A DNA stretch of 61,605 nt, the filler included, from an uncultured bacterium (lineage in GTDB: Bacteria > Hinthialibacterota > Hinthialibacteria > Hinthialibacterales > Hinthialibacteraceae), in assembly GCA_964449065.1 (NCBI GenBank). It is 20 parts of 20 records of this genome, joined end to end, with 100 filler letters (N's around TTAATTAATTAA, not from the genome) between each part and the next. Parts side by side here need not be neighbours in the genome. Positions count along the whole stretch, not along the records: positions 37,813 to 40,740 come from CAYVAZ010000484.1; positions 40,841 to 43,768 come from CAYVAZ010000485.1; positions 43,869 to 46,771 come from CAYVAZ010000486.1; positions 46,872 to 49,753 come from CAYVAZ010000487.1; positions 49,854 to 52,731 come from CAYVAZ010000488.1; 15 more parts are not named here. The stretch is one strand, 5' to 3'. The notes under the pieces are model-generated. The model saw only the letters and a list, made by a program, of their open reading frames with translations, was not told where the DNA came from and made no database searches. Made by a program: the position numbers and the translations under genes. Below are positions 40,310 to 50,539 of the stretch, piece after piece; position 1 is the first letter of the stretch; each line of letters opens with the position of its first letter.

Positions 40310-40870
40310 GATGGCGTATCATCTAGAGCAAAAATAAAAAACCCTGCTGAAGATCTCATTTCAGCCGATTGATTGTTGTAATTTCGATACCCTACCCCCC
40401 TTAACAAGGGGGGACAACAACGGATATCCGGCCGTCATTTTTTGACTGACAAACTATCTGTATAGTTATATTGCGTTGTACGGATTGACGTACCGGCTGG
40501 AAGCCGGTGCTACCCACAATGAACATAATGAACAAATTGTTGGCAAATGCTTTACTCAATTTTTTGGGTAAACCTTCCCATTGCATTGGGGGAGGGAAAA
40601 GAACGATCTTTTTTTTACTGCACACCGCTGATTTGTTACTCGTACCAAAAGCGGACATATTATACCAAAAGATATATGGAATGTACGCTTTCGGTATGAC
40701 TGGTGGGCTACCGGACACAGGCCTTTCGGTTGGATTCAGGNNNNNNNNNNNNNNNNNNNNNNNNNNNNNNNNNNNNNNNNNNNNTTAATTAATTAANNNN
40801 NNNNNNNNNNNNNNNNNNNNNNNNNNNNNNNNNNNNNNNNTTCGGGGTTATTTTCCGCAAGGTTGGAGAT

Positions 40871-41053
40871 AAATTGCTCGGAAGTTTGGAAATTTTGCCC
40901 TGAGTTTGAGGCATTTTTCTGAAAGTTTATATAAAAAGTGCTCGGAAGTTTGGATAAATTGCTCGGAGGTCGAGGCTTTTTGCTGAAAAATTTGGAAAAA
41001 AGTGCTCGGTGGTTTGGTATTTTTGCTCGGGGCTTTGGAAGATGAACTCGGTG
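40871..41053. repeat. Degenerate tandem array of nine 21-22-bp units
   Basis: CTCGG/CTGA cores at 40877, 40898, 40919, 40941, 40962, 40983, 41005, 41026, 41047. Confidence 0.8.
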
Positions 41054-41155
41054 ACTTGAGCTGGTTGCCTTGCGCTTGGAGCGAAATCCCACATGCGCGG
41101 AGCTTATTGCCTTGTCGGAGAGGCTTTCTGCTTCATGCGTTGTAATGGAAATGCA

Positions 41156-41636
41156 TTACGCGCTGGGCTGGTCGTTGTCGTCGGCCTTTTTGGTGCGGCG
41201 GAAGCGTTCTTTGAGGTCGGCGACGAGGCCGTGGAGCCCGCTGCCGGAGGGCGCGGAACNNNNNNNNNNCGTAGGCGTAGACGTCGAGGGCGGCGGTCAT
41301 GGCGTCGGCGCCGGAGGCCATTTGTGTGTCCTGCAGTTTTTCGACAACGGGCATCAAGGCGGCGAGGATTTCCGCGAGGTCGTCATAGCGTTGCACGTCT
41401 GCTTGAAATTCCTCCAGATCGAAGCTGCGCGGGAGGAAGTCCGGGTTCTGCACAGCGCCATCACGCGCCTTATGCACAAAGGCGACACTCTTGTCTCCCA
41501 TCTTCACTAACTCCCTGCGATCATTCGGCGAAAGATCCATCAGAAACGGCAGGTTAGCTTCTAACGTCTGCACAGCCGCTAGAACCGCTTGCTTTTGCTC
41601 CGGTGCAAGGGAGCCTGTTATTAAGTTTGTAGCCAT
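41156..41636 (-). CDS. Conserved hypothetical all-helical protein (internal N gap at 41260-41269)
   Basis: LPFL.DLSP..RREL.KMGDKS.AFV...NPDFLP.SFDLEEF...DT.M..G.DAM..AL.VY; after the gap the plausible frame is GLHGLVADLKERFRR...* (stop 41156-58). Confidence 0.8.
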
Positions 41637-42071
41637 GGTTAAGATAATGTTGGTGCGATTTTAAATAGCAAGGCAATATTCCTCGCTAATTTTATGAATT
41701 ACCACTTCTCAGCGTCACGCTATAACGAATCTTATGCCTTATAGAAATACACTTCATACTCCAGATTGGTGGTATAGCAAAATCACAGATAAGAACGCAA
41801 CTGCGCCATATTCAAGCGGATGGTCTAGTATGCATGAGCGGCTGCTTCTACTGTTTCGATCATCTATATATAGTTCGGGTTCCTATTCTAAGCCTTCCTA
41901 AGCGGTATCAAGAGTAATGTGCGAAGAAAAGTCTACGCTATCAATGCTTATGGTTTCAATTGGATATTCTCAAAAATAATAAGCTACTGTCCAGGAAGAA
42001 GAAAAACAGCAATCGCACCCTCCAGCATTGGGCTGCGATTGCTGAAACTTCTCCTCCCCCTGGTTCATTAA

Positions 42072-43053
42072 CTATTTTGCAGGTGATTCTGCCAGATTCA
42101 CGCCATTGTATTCGAGACTGCGGGCTTCTGGATCTGGATCTGGATTGACGTAGTAGCGTAGTTTAAAAACCATCGTATCATGATCCCCCCCAAAAATATC
42201 CTATCTCCTTTAACGTCCTGCCATAAATAGCGGAAACAATCTTTCCATTATCATCGGTCTTTGTACGAATACGAAACAGGTAGCGATTCCTTTCGTTCCA
42301 GTAATAATATTTTTCTTTATTCTGTATGAAATACTCATGTTTGTTGGCTTTTAAGCTCATTTGCGGAAGTTCCAAAACAGATTGATAACCATCAACGGGT
42401 GCTTCGTGCGGAGATTCTAATTCACTTTCAAATTGTGATCTGTCAGCTGTAAGAAATTTCTGGATACCATCCTCAGGATTTGAAAATTCGATTTTTAATA
42501 ACATCCGATAGTCATCGCGCTTGTGCCACGGTCGCTTGCCATCGAAATCTTTGGTTCCCGTAAACACAAAATCTGCTATTTTACCTTTTCCATAGGGCGT
42601 GACCCAATCACCAATTACCATGTCGAATCCTATTGGCTTATCCATTTCAGGCAATAGAATACAATTCCTACCAAGTGGGTACCCGATATTGTGGCAATAC
42701 ATAGGCACAGGTTGTTGTATCTTCTTCAATAAAAGCGGTATAGTTTCAGGTGGATATGGATATTTTCGAGAGTAACTCCAGACCTCACCAGCACTATCAT
42801 AATAACCTTCTTTGGTTATTTTTATCTCAAGATTGTAGTATACTTTACCTGTGAAAGAAAAACGACCTTCTTCATTCGTAACGCCTTTGCCATATGTGTC
42901 ACCCATGCTGTAACCAGTTGAAATAATAGCATCGCTTACGACTTCCCCTTGCTCGTCGTGGACCACAAACTCTACTGTTTTAGAAGGCCGTATGGATTGG
43001 CATCCCGCAAACGGAATGGATGCAACAATAAATAATATTACAAGTGTTCTCAT
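42072..43053 (-). pseudogene. Lipoprotein with carboxypeptidase-regulatory-like domain, frameshifted in a G7 tract
   Basis: Lipobox FAGC; ORF stops at 42178 but the shifted frame continues FKLRYYVNPDPDPEARSLEY...* to 42072. Confidence 0.7.
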
Positions 43054-43170
43054 ATATCTAATTCTCCTATTTCTATACAGCAGGTGACCGCTTTCAGATG
43101 TTCTGCACATCGTGTATTCTTTATAGCGATAAAGAAACTCGTGTCAACAAACAATGTCCTATCCGTAAAT
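43050..43170 (-). pseudogene. Possible VapC/PIN N-terminal remnant
   Basis: LFVDTSFFIAI.N....H.KA motif without the rest of the domain. Confidence 0.35.
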
Positions 43171-43385
43171 GATCGGGTGTAATCGCGAAAGTTGTCAAGT
43201 TGCGAGAAAGACCAGTGGGACAAGGAGCCCGAAAGCCGAATGGAGCAGAACCTCGATCCCATCCTGATATCCGTCGCGATGACACCCCAGAAGAAGCCCG
43301 GAGGCTGCACGAGGATCGCGCAGCGTGCTGCGTTGGTGTCGCGCAGTATGCTGCTCTGCACCGTACAAGTATGCTTGTCGAAATG

Positions 43386-43567
43386 TGTAAGACCAAGTGA
43401 CCGAATTGGCCGGTAAATTGACGTGACGCTTTTCGATGCTGAACAAGGCAGCGATGGCGACGGCTGGGCTGAAGCCCTGCCTCGTCTTCGCGAACGCCGC
43501 TCAGCGCGAATAGCGTCCGCCCGTAGGGATTTCAATTTACCGGGGAATTCGGTCACTTGGTCTTACA
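43386..43567. mobile_element. 182-bp non-autonomous element with 36-bp TIRs
   Basis: TGTAAGACCAAGTGACCGAATT(GG/CC)CCGGTAAATTGA inverted at both ends, 34/36 identical. Confidence 0.85.
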
Positions 43568-44290
43568 GGTGTGTTACGCGTCCGTCACCAGGACGTCGTG
43601 AGCCCTTGGGGTGTGAGGAAACCAGTCTCGTTGCCTCCTGATGCCAACGACAATCGCAAACACATATTTGCGCCGAAGGCGCAACATCCTGAAACCCAGG
43701 GCTTCAGAATATTGGCCCCTTGGGCCAAGGAGACTGCGGTGGTAAGACTTGGGGGCATTATCACCGCANNNNNNNNNNNNNNNNNNNNNNNNNNNNNNNN
43801 NNNNNNNNNNNNTTAATTAATTAANNNNNNNNNNNNNNNNNNNNNNNNNNNNNNNNNNNNNNNNNNNNGCCCCGGAAAATTCAATGCGAACTTGTCGTGC
43901 CATTATCCACACCTAGCAGTCCATAGCATTTTGTCAATAATGCTTGACTGACCCCTATTACCGCAGAGAGCCTGGCATGGGACATTTTTCGTCCGACCGG
44001 GGCAAGAAATTTGGATTCTTTTTTGAATGTGACTTTTTGGCGAAAATGCATTTAGGGCTTGATCTGCTGGGAATTTCCCTTCATAGACCAAGTGTGATAT
44101 TGCTGCGGCTTACTTCCATTCTCTTGACGCTCGGGTCCATCGGCTTCGCGGCACACGCCAGTCAGCCAGTCAGCCAGTCAGCCAGAACGATGTCCTGCCT
44201 GAAGTTGCCCCCCTTAAAAATTCAAGTTCTAAATCCGCGAATCTAGGGGTAAATGTCAAGCTCCCTGATTCGAATGAGCTTATTGAAATC

Positions 44291-45847
44291 TTGATGCCAT
44301 CGAGTGGCTATGGGACGTATTTCTTGGACAAGACGCTTCCCTCTTATCCCTTGTCGGAGAGTTCGATCTTGGATAACATCAAATCCTTGGCCGATCTGGA
44401 TATCGATGGGCACTTATTCTTGACGGTTCTCGGCACCCTTCCTGCCGACCCCGAGCTTGCTTTGCTTTTTGCTGAAGCCTACCTGAGGTTGGCACCGGAG
44501 GAATACATCCCCTTTGGCATCGCCCAGATGAACTTGGCGCTTATCCGGTTAGGTCGATCCGATCAAGTCGTCCAAAACATCCAAAAAGTCCATTTTCTTT
44601 CCCTGCCCACCAGCCGCCCCGATGAGCGATGGACGAGGGTTTTGGAGGGGTTGGCGGAGAAAGAGGCATCTCCTCTCAAAAAGCTTTGGATATTGCACCA
44701 GGCCGCTCTGCTGTCGGGAGACTTGGCCAAAGCCTCCACGGCATGGAACAACTTCAAAACGACATACGAAAATTTGGCCAAAACCAAGAGCAAAGACATC
44801 AAGCCATACCAAAAAATATTCGATAAGGCATCCAATCGCATGGTGAGGGTTCAAAGAAAAAACGCCACCGCGGGCATGAGCCAAGAAACCCAAAAGACTC
44901 TCCAAAACTCCCTGACACTATCTCGTTGGATGCACGATTCATCCGGGAAATCCTTGGAGGAAGCGCTGAAAGATCAATCGACGGAGAAAGTCGTGGATTT
45001 GTTTGTCATGTTTCAGGATGTCTATGGAACGAGAACCCGGCCATGCGCGGATATTTTTCTCTATTTGATCGAAAACAGGCATTGGAAAGGTGACAGCAAA
45101 GTTTCCCTCAACACCATGTCCGCTATCACATCCTTCATCCGGTCGTCCTATTCCGATTCGAGGGCGTTGCCCGCCTTTCAGGTTATCCGCGAGGTTTGCG
45201 CGAAAAACCCCGAGGCTACTCTTAATAACACCGGAAAACTCCGCACCCGTGCCGCCTTCGATATGGAGTTCATCCGCACCGCCATGGGCATCCCCGACGA
45301 GGCTCAAAAGAATTTTTCGGAATCCATTTTTATTCTCGCCAAAAGTTTTTATGAATACACCCTCGCCGACCCTCCGGTCTATCAGGGCAACCCGGACCGC
45401 ATTTATGAACTCCAAAACGCCGCGAAAGGCATTTACCAGCAAGCGGTTCTCAAATATCGGGGGAAAGATGCCCATCGCTCATTGATGGCCCAAGAGATCG
45501 AAAACAAAGACCTCGATGAAAATAAAAAAAGCAAACTCATCCGCGATCAGGCGCGGGCGCAATTTTTTGAAGGCAACCGCCAGGCGGCCCTCGAAACCCT
45601 GTTTAAGAACTATGAGGAAGTTTCCGATGCCGAGGTGAAGGTTTCCCTCGTAACTAATATGCTTTTTATGGCTCGTTCGATTTGTCGAGAAAGCCGAGAC
45701 ATGACGATGGCCCTCCATGTCTTTGATCGGGGAGAAGCCCTCATAAAATCGGGAACGTTGAGCGAGAAGAAGGCGAAATCCCTCAGAGACATGATCGCAG
45801 GCGAAAAAGCATTCTACGAAGAACATCCGGAGATCAAGAAACCGTAA
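44291..45847 (+). CDS. Hypothetical helical-repeat protein (start uncertain)
   Basis: 518-aa ORF, helical pattern, no recognised motif. Confidence 0.7.
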   Translation: MMPSSGYGTYFLDKTLPSYPLSESSILDNIKSLADLDIDGHLFLTVLGTLPADPELALLFAEAYLRLAPEEYIPFGIAQMNLALIRLGRSDQVVQNIQKVHFLSLPTSRPDERWTRVLEGLAEKEASPLKKLWILHQAALLSGDLAKASTAWNNFKTTYENLAKTKSKDIKPYQKIFDKASNRMVRVQRKNATAGMSQETQKTLQNSLTLSRWMHDSSGKSLEEALKDQSTEKVVDLFVMFQDVYGTRTRPCADIFLYLIENRHWKGDSKVSLNTMSAITSFIRSSYSDSRALPAFQVIREVCAKNPEATLNNTGKLRTRAAFDMEFIRTAMGIPDEAQKNFSESIFILAKSFYEYTLADPPVYQGNPDRIYELQNAAKGIYQQAVLKYRGKDAHRSLMAQEIENKDLDENKKSKLIRDQARAQFFEGNRQAALETLFKNYEEVSDAEVKVSLVTNMLFMARSICRESRDMTMALHVFDRGEALIKSGTLSEKKAKSLRDMIAGEKAFYEEHPEIKKP

Positions 45848-45869
45848 ATCCAAAGAAGGAAACTAAACC

Positions 45870-46771
45870 ATGAAAATAAAAAAATCCATACTCGGCATCG
45901 CCCTTTGCTTTGCCCTCGTGCCAGCGCTCCATGCGGGCGGCCCAGGCGAGGCGCATCTCAGGTATCATGATGCTTTATTCATCAAACAAGCTGTTGAATT
46001 TGGAGAAAAATATGTCAAGGTTGCGGAAGCGACCGATTCGATGACGATTGAAAAATTTATCTTATCCCCCGACGGTTATGTTTCGGTGACCATGCAACTC
46101 AACGATGGCGGAATATACGAAGGCGTGGGCGCAGAGAACACCTATATCGTCTTCAGTTTGGACGACGGTGCCTTTGTTTGGGGAAACTTCCCCGTTGGGT
46201 GGACCGCATATCCGGACGGAGACAAGTGCGACATCACCATCGAGGGCGACACCCTCGCCAGGCTAAAAAAGGGCGAATGGACCGAATCCCCTAGCCCCAT
46301 GCTCACCAACATCGAATCCAAAGACTGGTCCAAACCCCACACCTCCGGCAAGCAACTCGATGGCCCCGAACCCAAAGGCCTCGGCATCTACCACCAGCGA
46401 GACATGCCTTACAACATCGCGCTCAAAGCCGTGGTTCCCGACATCAAACTTGTTACCCCAAAAAGCACTCAGAATAAAGGCGATCCGGTCAACTCACCCA
46501 TCGATAGTGGAGATGGCCAGAATGAATTTACTTATCCTGCGACAACTGAGGATTTGATTATCGAAGTCGTGGCCGAAGTGAAACCGACGGGTGTCGCTAA
46601 GATAATGGTCGATGAACAATTTGAAGTCCGACTATTACTCGATGATATTGGAAGTCAAGCCGTGGAATGGGATAACAGCGATGAAGCAGCTGGCATTCCT
46701 TCTGCTAGCGGCGATAATTTGAAAGCCAAAGCAACTTTTCAAGGACTGCCCACCAAGAATGAATCCTTCGG
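45870..46771 (+). CDS. Hypothetical secreted protein, 3'-truncated
   Basis: AAGGA RBS; signal peptide ...VPALHA. Confidence 0.75.
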
Positions 46772-46871
46772 NNNNNNNNNNNNNNNNNNNNNNNNNNNNN
46801 NNNNNNNNNNNNNNNTTAATTAATTAANNNNNNNNNNNNNNNNNNNNNNNNNNNNNNNNNNNNNNNNNNNN

Positions 46872-46996
46872 TTTGCAATCAGCGAAACGCAGCCTTGGGA
46901 GGGCGAGGCTCCCGCCGAGCCGGAAGTACGCTTGAATACCATTTGCAATCAGCGAAACGCAGCCTTGGGAGGGCGAGGCTCCCGCCGAGCCGGAAG
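46872..46996 (+). repeat. Two identical 55-bp direct repeats (period 70) containing the 26-bp REP
   Basis: 46872-46926 = 46942-46996. Confidence 0.92.
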
Positions 46997-47169
46997 CATG
47001 GTTTGATTCAAAAGTTACCGTATACTGGGACGCCCCGCTCTGACCCACCGAATCATCTCCCGGTAAAGCTAAAAAATAACAGGATGCAAAAAGAAAGCCA
47101 GTGATTCCTTCAATCATTTTTCTTGTTACAATACGCAAAAAACAAAAAGTCCTCACAAAGTGTTAACCG

Positions 47170-47439
47170 ATGGATGCTTTAATTTCAATTATCTTAAATG
47201 TCGTTCACGTTTATCAAATCTGTGTGTTTGTCCGGTGTATTTTGTCGTTTTTGAATCCCATGAGCGCGTGGCACCGCAATCCGATTGTGCAGTTTATTTA
47301 TCAAATCACCGATCCGCTGCTGGATGGCTTGCGGAACGCCTTTCCCGCCTTAGCGCAGGGAGGGATTGACTTTAGCCCGATTGTATTGATATTTTTGATT
47401 GAATTCACTGTACAAGCCCTATTAAATGTGATTCGTTAG
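47170..47439 (+). CDS. yggT: YggT family membrane protein
   Basis: ILSF.NP...NPIVQFIYQITDPLL..R...GGIDFSPIV. Confidence 0.93.
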   Translation: MDALISIILNVVHVYQICVFVRCILSFLNPMSAWHRNPIVQFIYQITDPLLDGLRNAFPALAQGGIDFSPIVLIFLIEFTVQALLNVIR

Positions 47440-47467
47440 AAAAAATCCGAAGGAGAAGGGAAGTCTC

Positions 47468-48340
47468 ATGATTCGCAATCTTTTACTGATTGGAATGATC
47501 CTCACGTCTACTGTTACACTGCAAGCCGCCCCCCTCAAAATCATGTCGTTCAACATCCGCTACAACAATCCGGATGACGGCATCAACGCTTGGCCCAACC
47601 GCAAAGACCACGTCGCCGAGGTCATCGCGAAACTCTATCAATCCGATGCAGCCGGACTGCAAGAAGTCCTGCACGGCCAACTTATGGATTTGGTCAATCT
47701 GCTTCCAGACAATTACAGTTACGTCGGCGTCGGCAGAGACGACGGTTGGCATAAAGGCGAATACTCCTGCATCTTTTACCGCAACGATAAACTGGAACTG
47801 ATCGCCACCAACACCTTCTGGCTGGCGGAAAATCCTGAAGTCCCCGGCATGGTTTCCTGGGATTCAGCCCTCACCCGCATCGTCACCTGGGCAAAATTTA
47901 AAGATATCGATTCCGGCAAAGAGTTCTTTCATTTCAACACCCACTTCGACCACCGCGGCCAGCAAGCTCGTGCCGAAAGCGCTAAGCTGATAGTAAACAA
48001 AGCACGCTCCATCGCTGGAGACACACCCACCGTTATCACCGGTGACTTCAATGCACGTGAATCCTCCTTACCGTATGCAATCCTGTCTGGAAAAGAACCC
48101 GCAGGCGGTATCACCTCTGATTTCAAAGACGGCAGATACGCCTCCAAATCCGGCCATGAAGGGCCAACTACAACGTCATCCGGCTGGAATAATCTGCGCG
48201 ATCCCGAAACCAAAATCGACTACATTTTTGTCCGCAGCGGCTTTGATGTTTTAACCCATAAAGTTCTTACAGACCAATTCGAAGGATATTATCCCTCAGA
48301 CCATTTACCCGTATACGCGGAAATAGAATTCAAAAATTAA
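47468..48340 (+). CDS. Secreted EEP-family (PGAP2IP-like) phosphatase/nuclease
   Basis: MSFNIRY, GLQE, FNTHFDH, TGDFN, IDYIF, PSDHLPV. Confidence 0.93.
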   Translation: MIRNLLLIGMILTSTVTLQAAPLKIMSFNIRYNNPDDGINAWPNRKDHVAEVIAKLYQSDAAGLQEVLHGQLMDLVNLLPDNYSYVGVGRDDGWHKGEYSCIFYRNDKLELIATNTFWLAENPEVPGMVSWDSALTRIVTWAKFKDIDSGKEFFHFNTHFDHRGQQARAESAKLIVNKARSIAGDTPTVITGDFNARESSLPYAILSGKEPAGGITSDFKDGRYASKSGHEGPTTTSSGWNNLRDPETKIDYIFVRSGFDVLTHKVLTDQFEGYYPSDHLPVYAEIEFKN

Positions 48341-48690
48341 ATTGAAAAAAGGTAGTTGGCAGGTTCATGGCAGCAGCCCGCCGGATCATCTCCCGGTAAA
48401 ACTACAAATAATACCAGGATGCAAAAGAAAGTGAGTGATCCCCTTATTTATTTTGTAGGGGTAATCCCCCTTGGCTACCCTGAACGCAAGGTCATTGATT
48501 TAAGTAATCAAACTCGAAAACACGATATCTTCTCCCCAAAGTTTATGGAGATGCCCACAGGGCATGACGTGGAAGAAAAAACATGTAACGTTTCATTTCA
48601 TTATGAAAAATACTTACTAAATTTTATTGTCAAAATTTCTTTTCTTGATATAGTAATTTTTATCTTAATATCTCAGAGGGATGATACACT

Positions 48691-49683
48691 ATGAAAACCT
48701 ATTTCAACCTATTTCTCTTACTTATTACCTTTGGCTTTCTATCAATAAACTCTTTTGCACAAGAACTGCAACCCACTGATGATGAACAATTTATGCTTGA
48801 ACTCATCAACCGTGCCCGCATGAATCCTGCCGAAGAAGGGGTCATCCTAGCCAACCACTCCGATCCAAACATTCAAGGTGCAATAAACTTTTTCGGTGTG
48901 GATAAAAACGCCATGATTCAAGAGTTTTCCACCTATCCATCAAGCCCCCCTCTTGCCTGGAACCCATTGTTAACCCAAGCCGCACGCAGACACAGCGCCG
49001 ATTTGAAAGCAAACAACTTCCAAGGCCATGGTGGTACGGACGGCTCTACTCTAAGCAGCCGCATCACCGATACCGGCTATGAATGGCGTGCCATCGCGGA
49101 AAACGTGTTTTCATTCGGCCGCTCTATACCTCATGCTCACGCCGGCTTTGTTGTCGATTGGGGAGTCCCCTCATTGGGGCACCGTAAAAATACAATCGAA
49201 TTTCACCAAGAACCTATTTATACAGAGGTTGGAATCGGTATATTAGAAACAGATTCAATCAATACAAAAAGGTCTAATATAAACCCAAGCGTGGTAGAAA
49301 TTTTACCTGCGCCTGGAGTGGAACTGCTGCAATCTTCCGATGTCGGGCCGCTGGTTGTCACCATTGATTTTGCCACAACCTTCAATCCCATCCCCAAAGT
49401 CTTGGGTGTAGTCCACAAAGATAGTGATGGCAATGAATTCTATACACCTGGAGAAGGGCAGGGGAATATCACTGTTTCCATCGTGGAAACAGGTTCATCT
49501 ACAACCACCTACAACAGCGGCGGTTTCCACATAAATGTATCCACTCCCGGAACCTATACGCTTGCGATTCAGGGAGATGGTATTCAACCCATGCAAAAGT
49601 CCTTTGACATTTCCCAAGACAATGTTAAAGTCGATTTCATGGTAACTGAACCAACCTCGGTATATCACTGGATGATGTACTAA
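48691..49683 (+). CDS. Secreted CAP/SCP-domain protein
   Basis: EQFMLELINRARMNP, PPLAWN..L..AARRHS, AENV, GHRKN, EVGIG. Confidence 0.9.
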   Translation: MKTYFNLFLLLITFGFLSINSFAQELQPTDDEQFMLELINRARMNPAEEGVILANHSDPNIQGAINFFGVDKNAMIQEFSTYPSSPPLAWNPLLTQAARRHSADLKANNFQGHGGTDGSTLSSRITDTGYEWRAIAENVFSFGRSIPHAHAGFVVDWGVPSLGHRKNTIEFHQEPIYTEVGIGILETDSINTKRSNINPSVVEILPAPGVELLQSSDVGPLVVTIDFATTFNPIPKVLGVVHKDSDGNEFYTPGEGQGNITVSIVETGSSTTTYNSGGFHINVSTPGTYTLAIQGDGIQPMQKSFDISQDNVKVDFMVTEPTSVYHWMMY

Positions 49684-49853
49684 ACTATCGTACATCGAAT
49701 AGATTACTTTCAAATCTCAGGGTAGCGCCAAGTTGCAACTGCCGTTGCAACTGNNNNNNNNNNNNNNNNNNNNNNNNNNNNNNNNNNNNNNNNNNNNTTA
49801 ATTAATTAANNNNNNNNNNNNNNNNNNNNNNNNNNNNNNNNNNNNNNNNNNNN

Positions 49854-49996
49854 CTCGCCCTCCCAAAAACTTGGCTCGGCGGGAGCCTCGCCCTCCCAAA
49901 AACTTGGCTCGGCGGGTGCCTTGCCCTCCCAAAAACTTGGCTCGGCGGGAGCCTCGCCCTCCCAGAACCTGGCTCGGCGGGAGCCTTGCCCTCCCA
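49854..49996 (-). repeat. Tandem array of the 26-bp REP (4 full + 1 partial, period 32-33)
   Basis: Units at 49873, 49906, 49939, 49971 separated by AAAACTT or GAACCT. Confidence 0.95.
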
Positions 49997-50033
49997 ATAG
50001 CAATACAGGGGAAGTCTTTTCATGGATAGAAGT

Positions 50034-50528
50034 ATGTTGGTATATATCGGTATCGGATCAAATTTAGGGGACCGCAAACAACTGGTTACTACTGCCGTTG
50101 CCCATATTGATGAGTTGCCGAACACTTCGGTTACTAAAACCTCAAATTGGTATGAAACGGAACCAGTCGGTATTCCGGGAGACGCAAATCCATTTATCAA
50201 TGGCGTCGTTGAAGTTGGGACCGAATTGTCTCCGCGGGAGTTGTTAAACCATTTGCTGTCTATCGAAAAAGAGATGGGGCGCGAAAGAGCGGATACGAAA
50301 GGCTATCAATCGCGCTTGATTGATTTGGATATACTTATTTATGGAGACAAAGTGATTGATGAAACCGGATTGACAATCCCACACCCGCATTTGGAAGAAC
50401 GGGCTTTTGTATTGGTTCCGTTGAATGAGTTATGCGGGGATAAACCCATTCCCGGATCATACCAAACCGTGCATGAAGCGCTGCAACGGTTGCGGGATAC
50501 ATCCGGTGTGCAGAAAATTTCTCAATAA
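50034..50528 (+). CDS. folK: 2-amino-4-hydroxy-6-hydroxymethyldihydropteridine diphosphokinase
   Basis: YIGIGSNLGDR, YETEPVG, FINGV, R.IDLDIL, IPHP..ERAFVL.PL. Confidence 0.96.
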   Translation: MLVYIGIGSNLGDRKQLVTTAVAHIDELPNTSVTKTSNWYETEPVGIPGDANPFINGVVEVGTELSPRELLNHLLSIEKEMGRERADTKGYQSRLIDLDILIYGDKVIDETGLTIPHPHLEERAFVLVPLNELCGDKPIPGSYQTVHEALQRLRDTSGVQKISQ

Positions 50529-50539
50529 ATTAAACGATT

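Noticed and set aside
40871..41053. Array as CRISPR or as coding ORF 40793..41092
   Set aside because: No unique spacers; the 22-bp steps disrupt peptide periodicity
41133..41259. Arg/Pro-rich C-terminus given by the ORF track
   Set aside because: Frame set by an arbitrary 10-N gap; another frame gives a family-like ending
46872..46996. Possible CRISPR (repeat-spacer-repeat)
   Set aside because: 55-bp repeat with a 15-bp spacer, contains a dispersed REP, only two units, no cas genes
49854..49996. Possible CRISPR, or ORFs 49802..50200 and 49806..50003
   Set aside because: Linkers are 6-7 nt and nearly identical; the peptide repeats are translations of the REP
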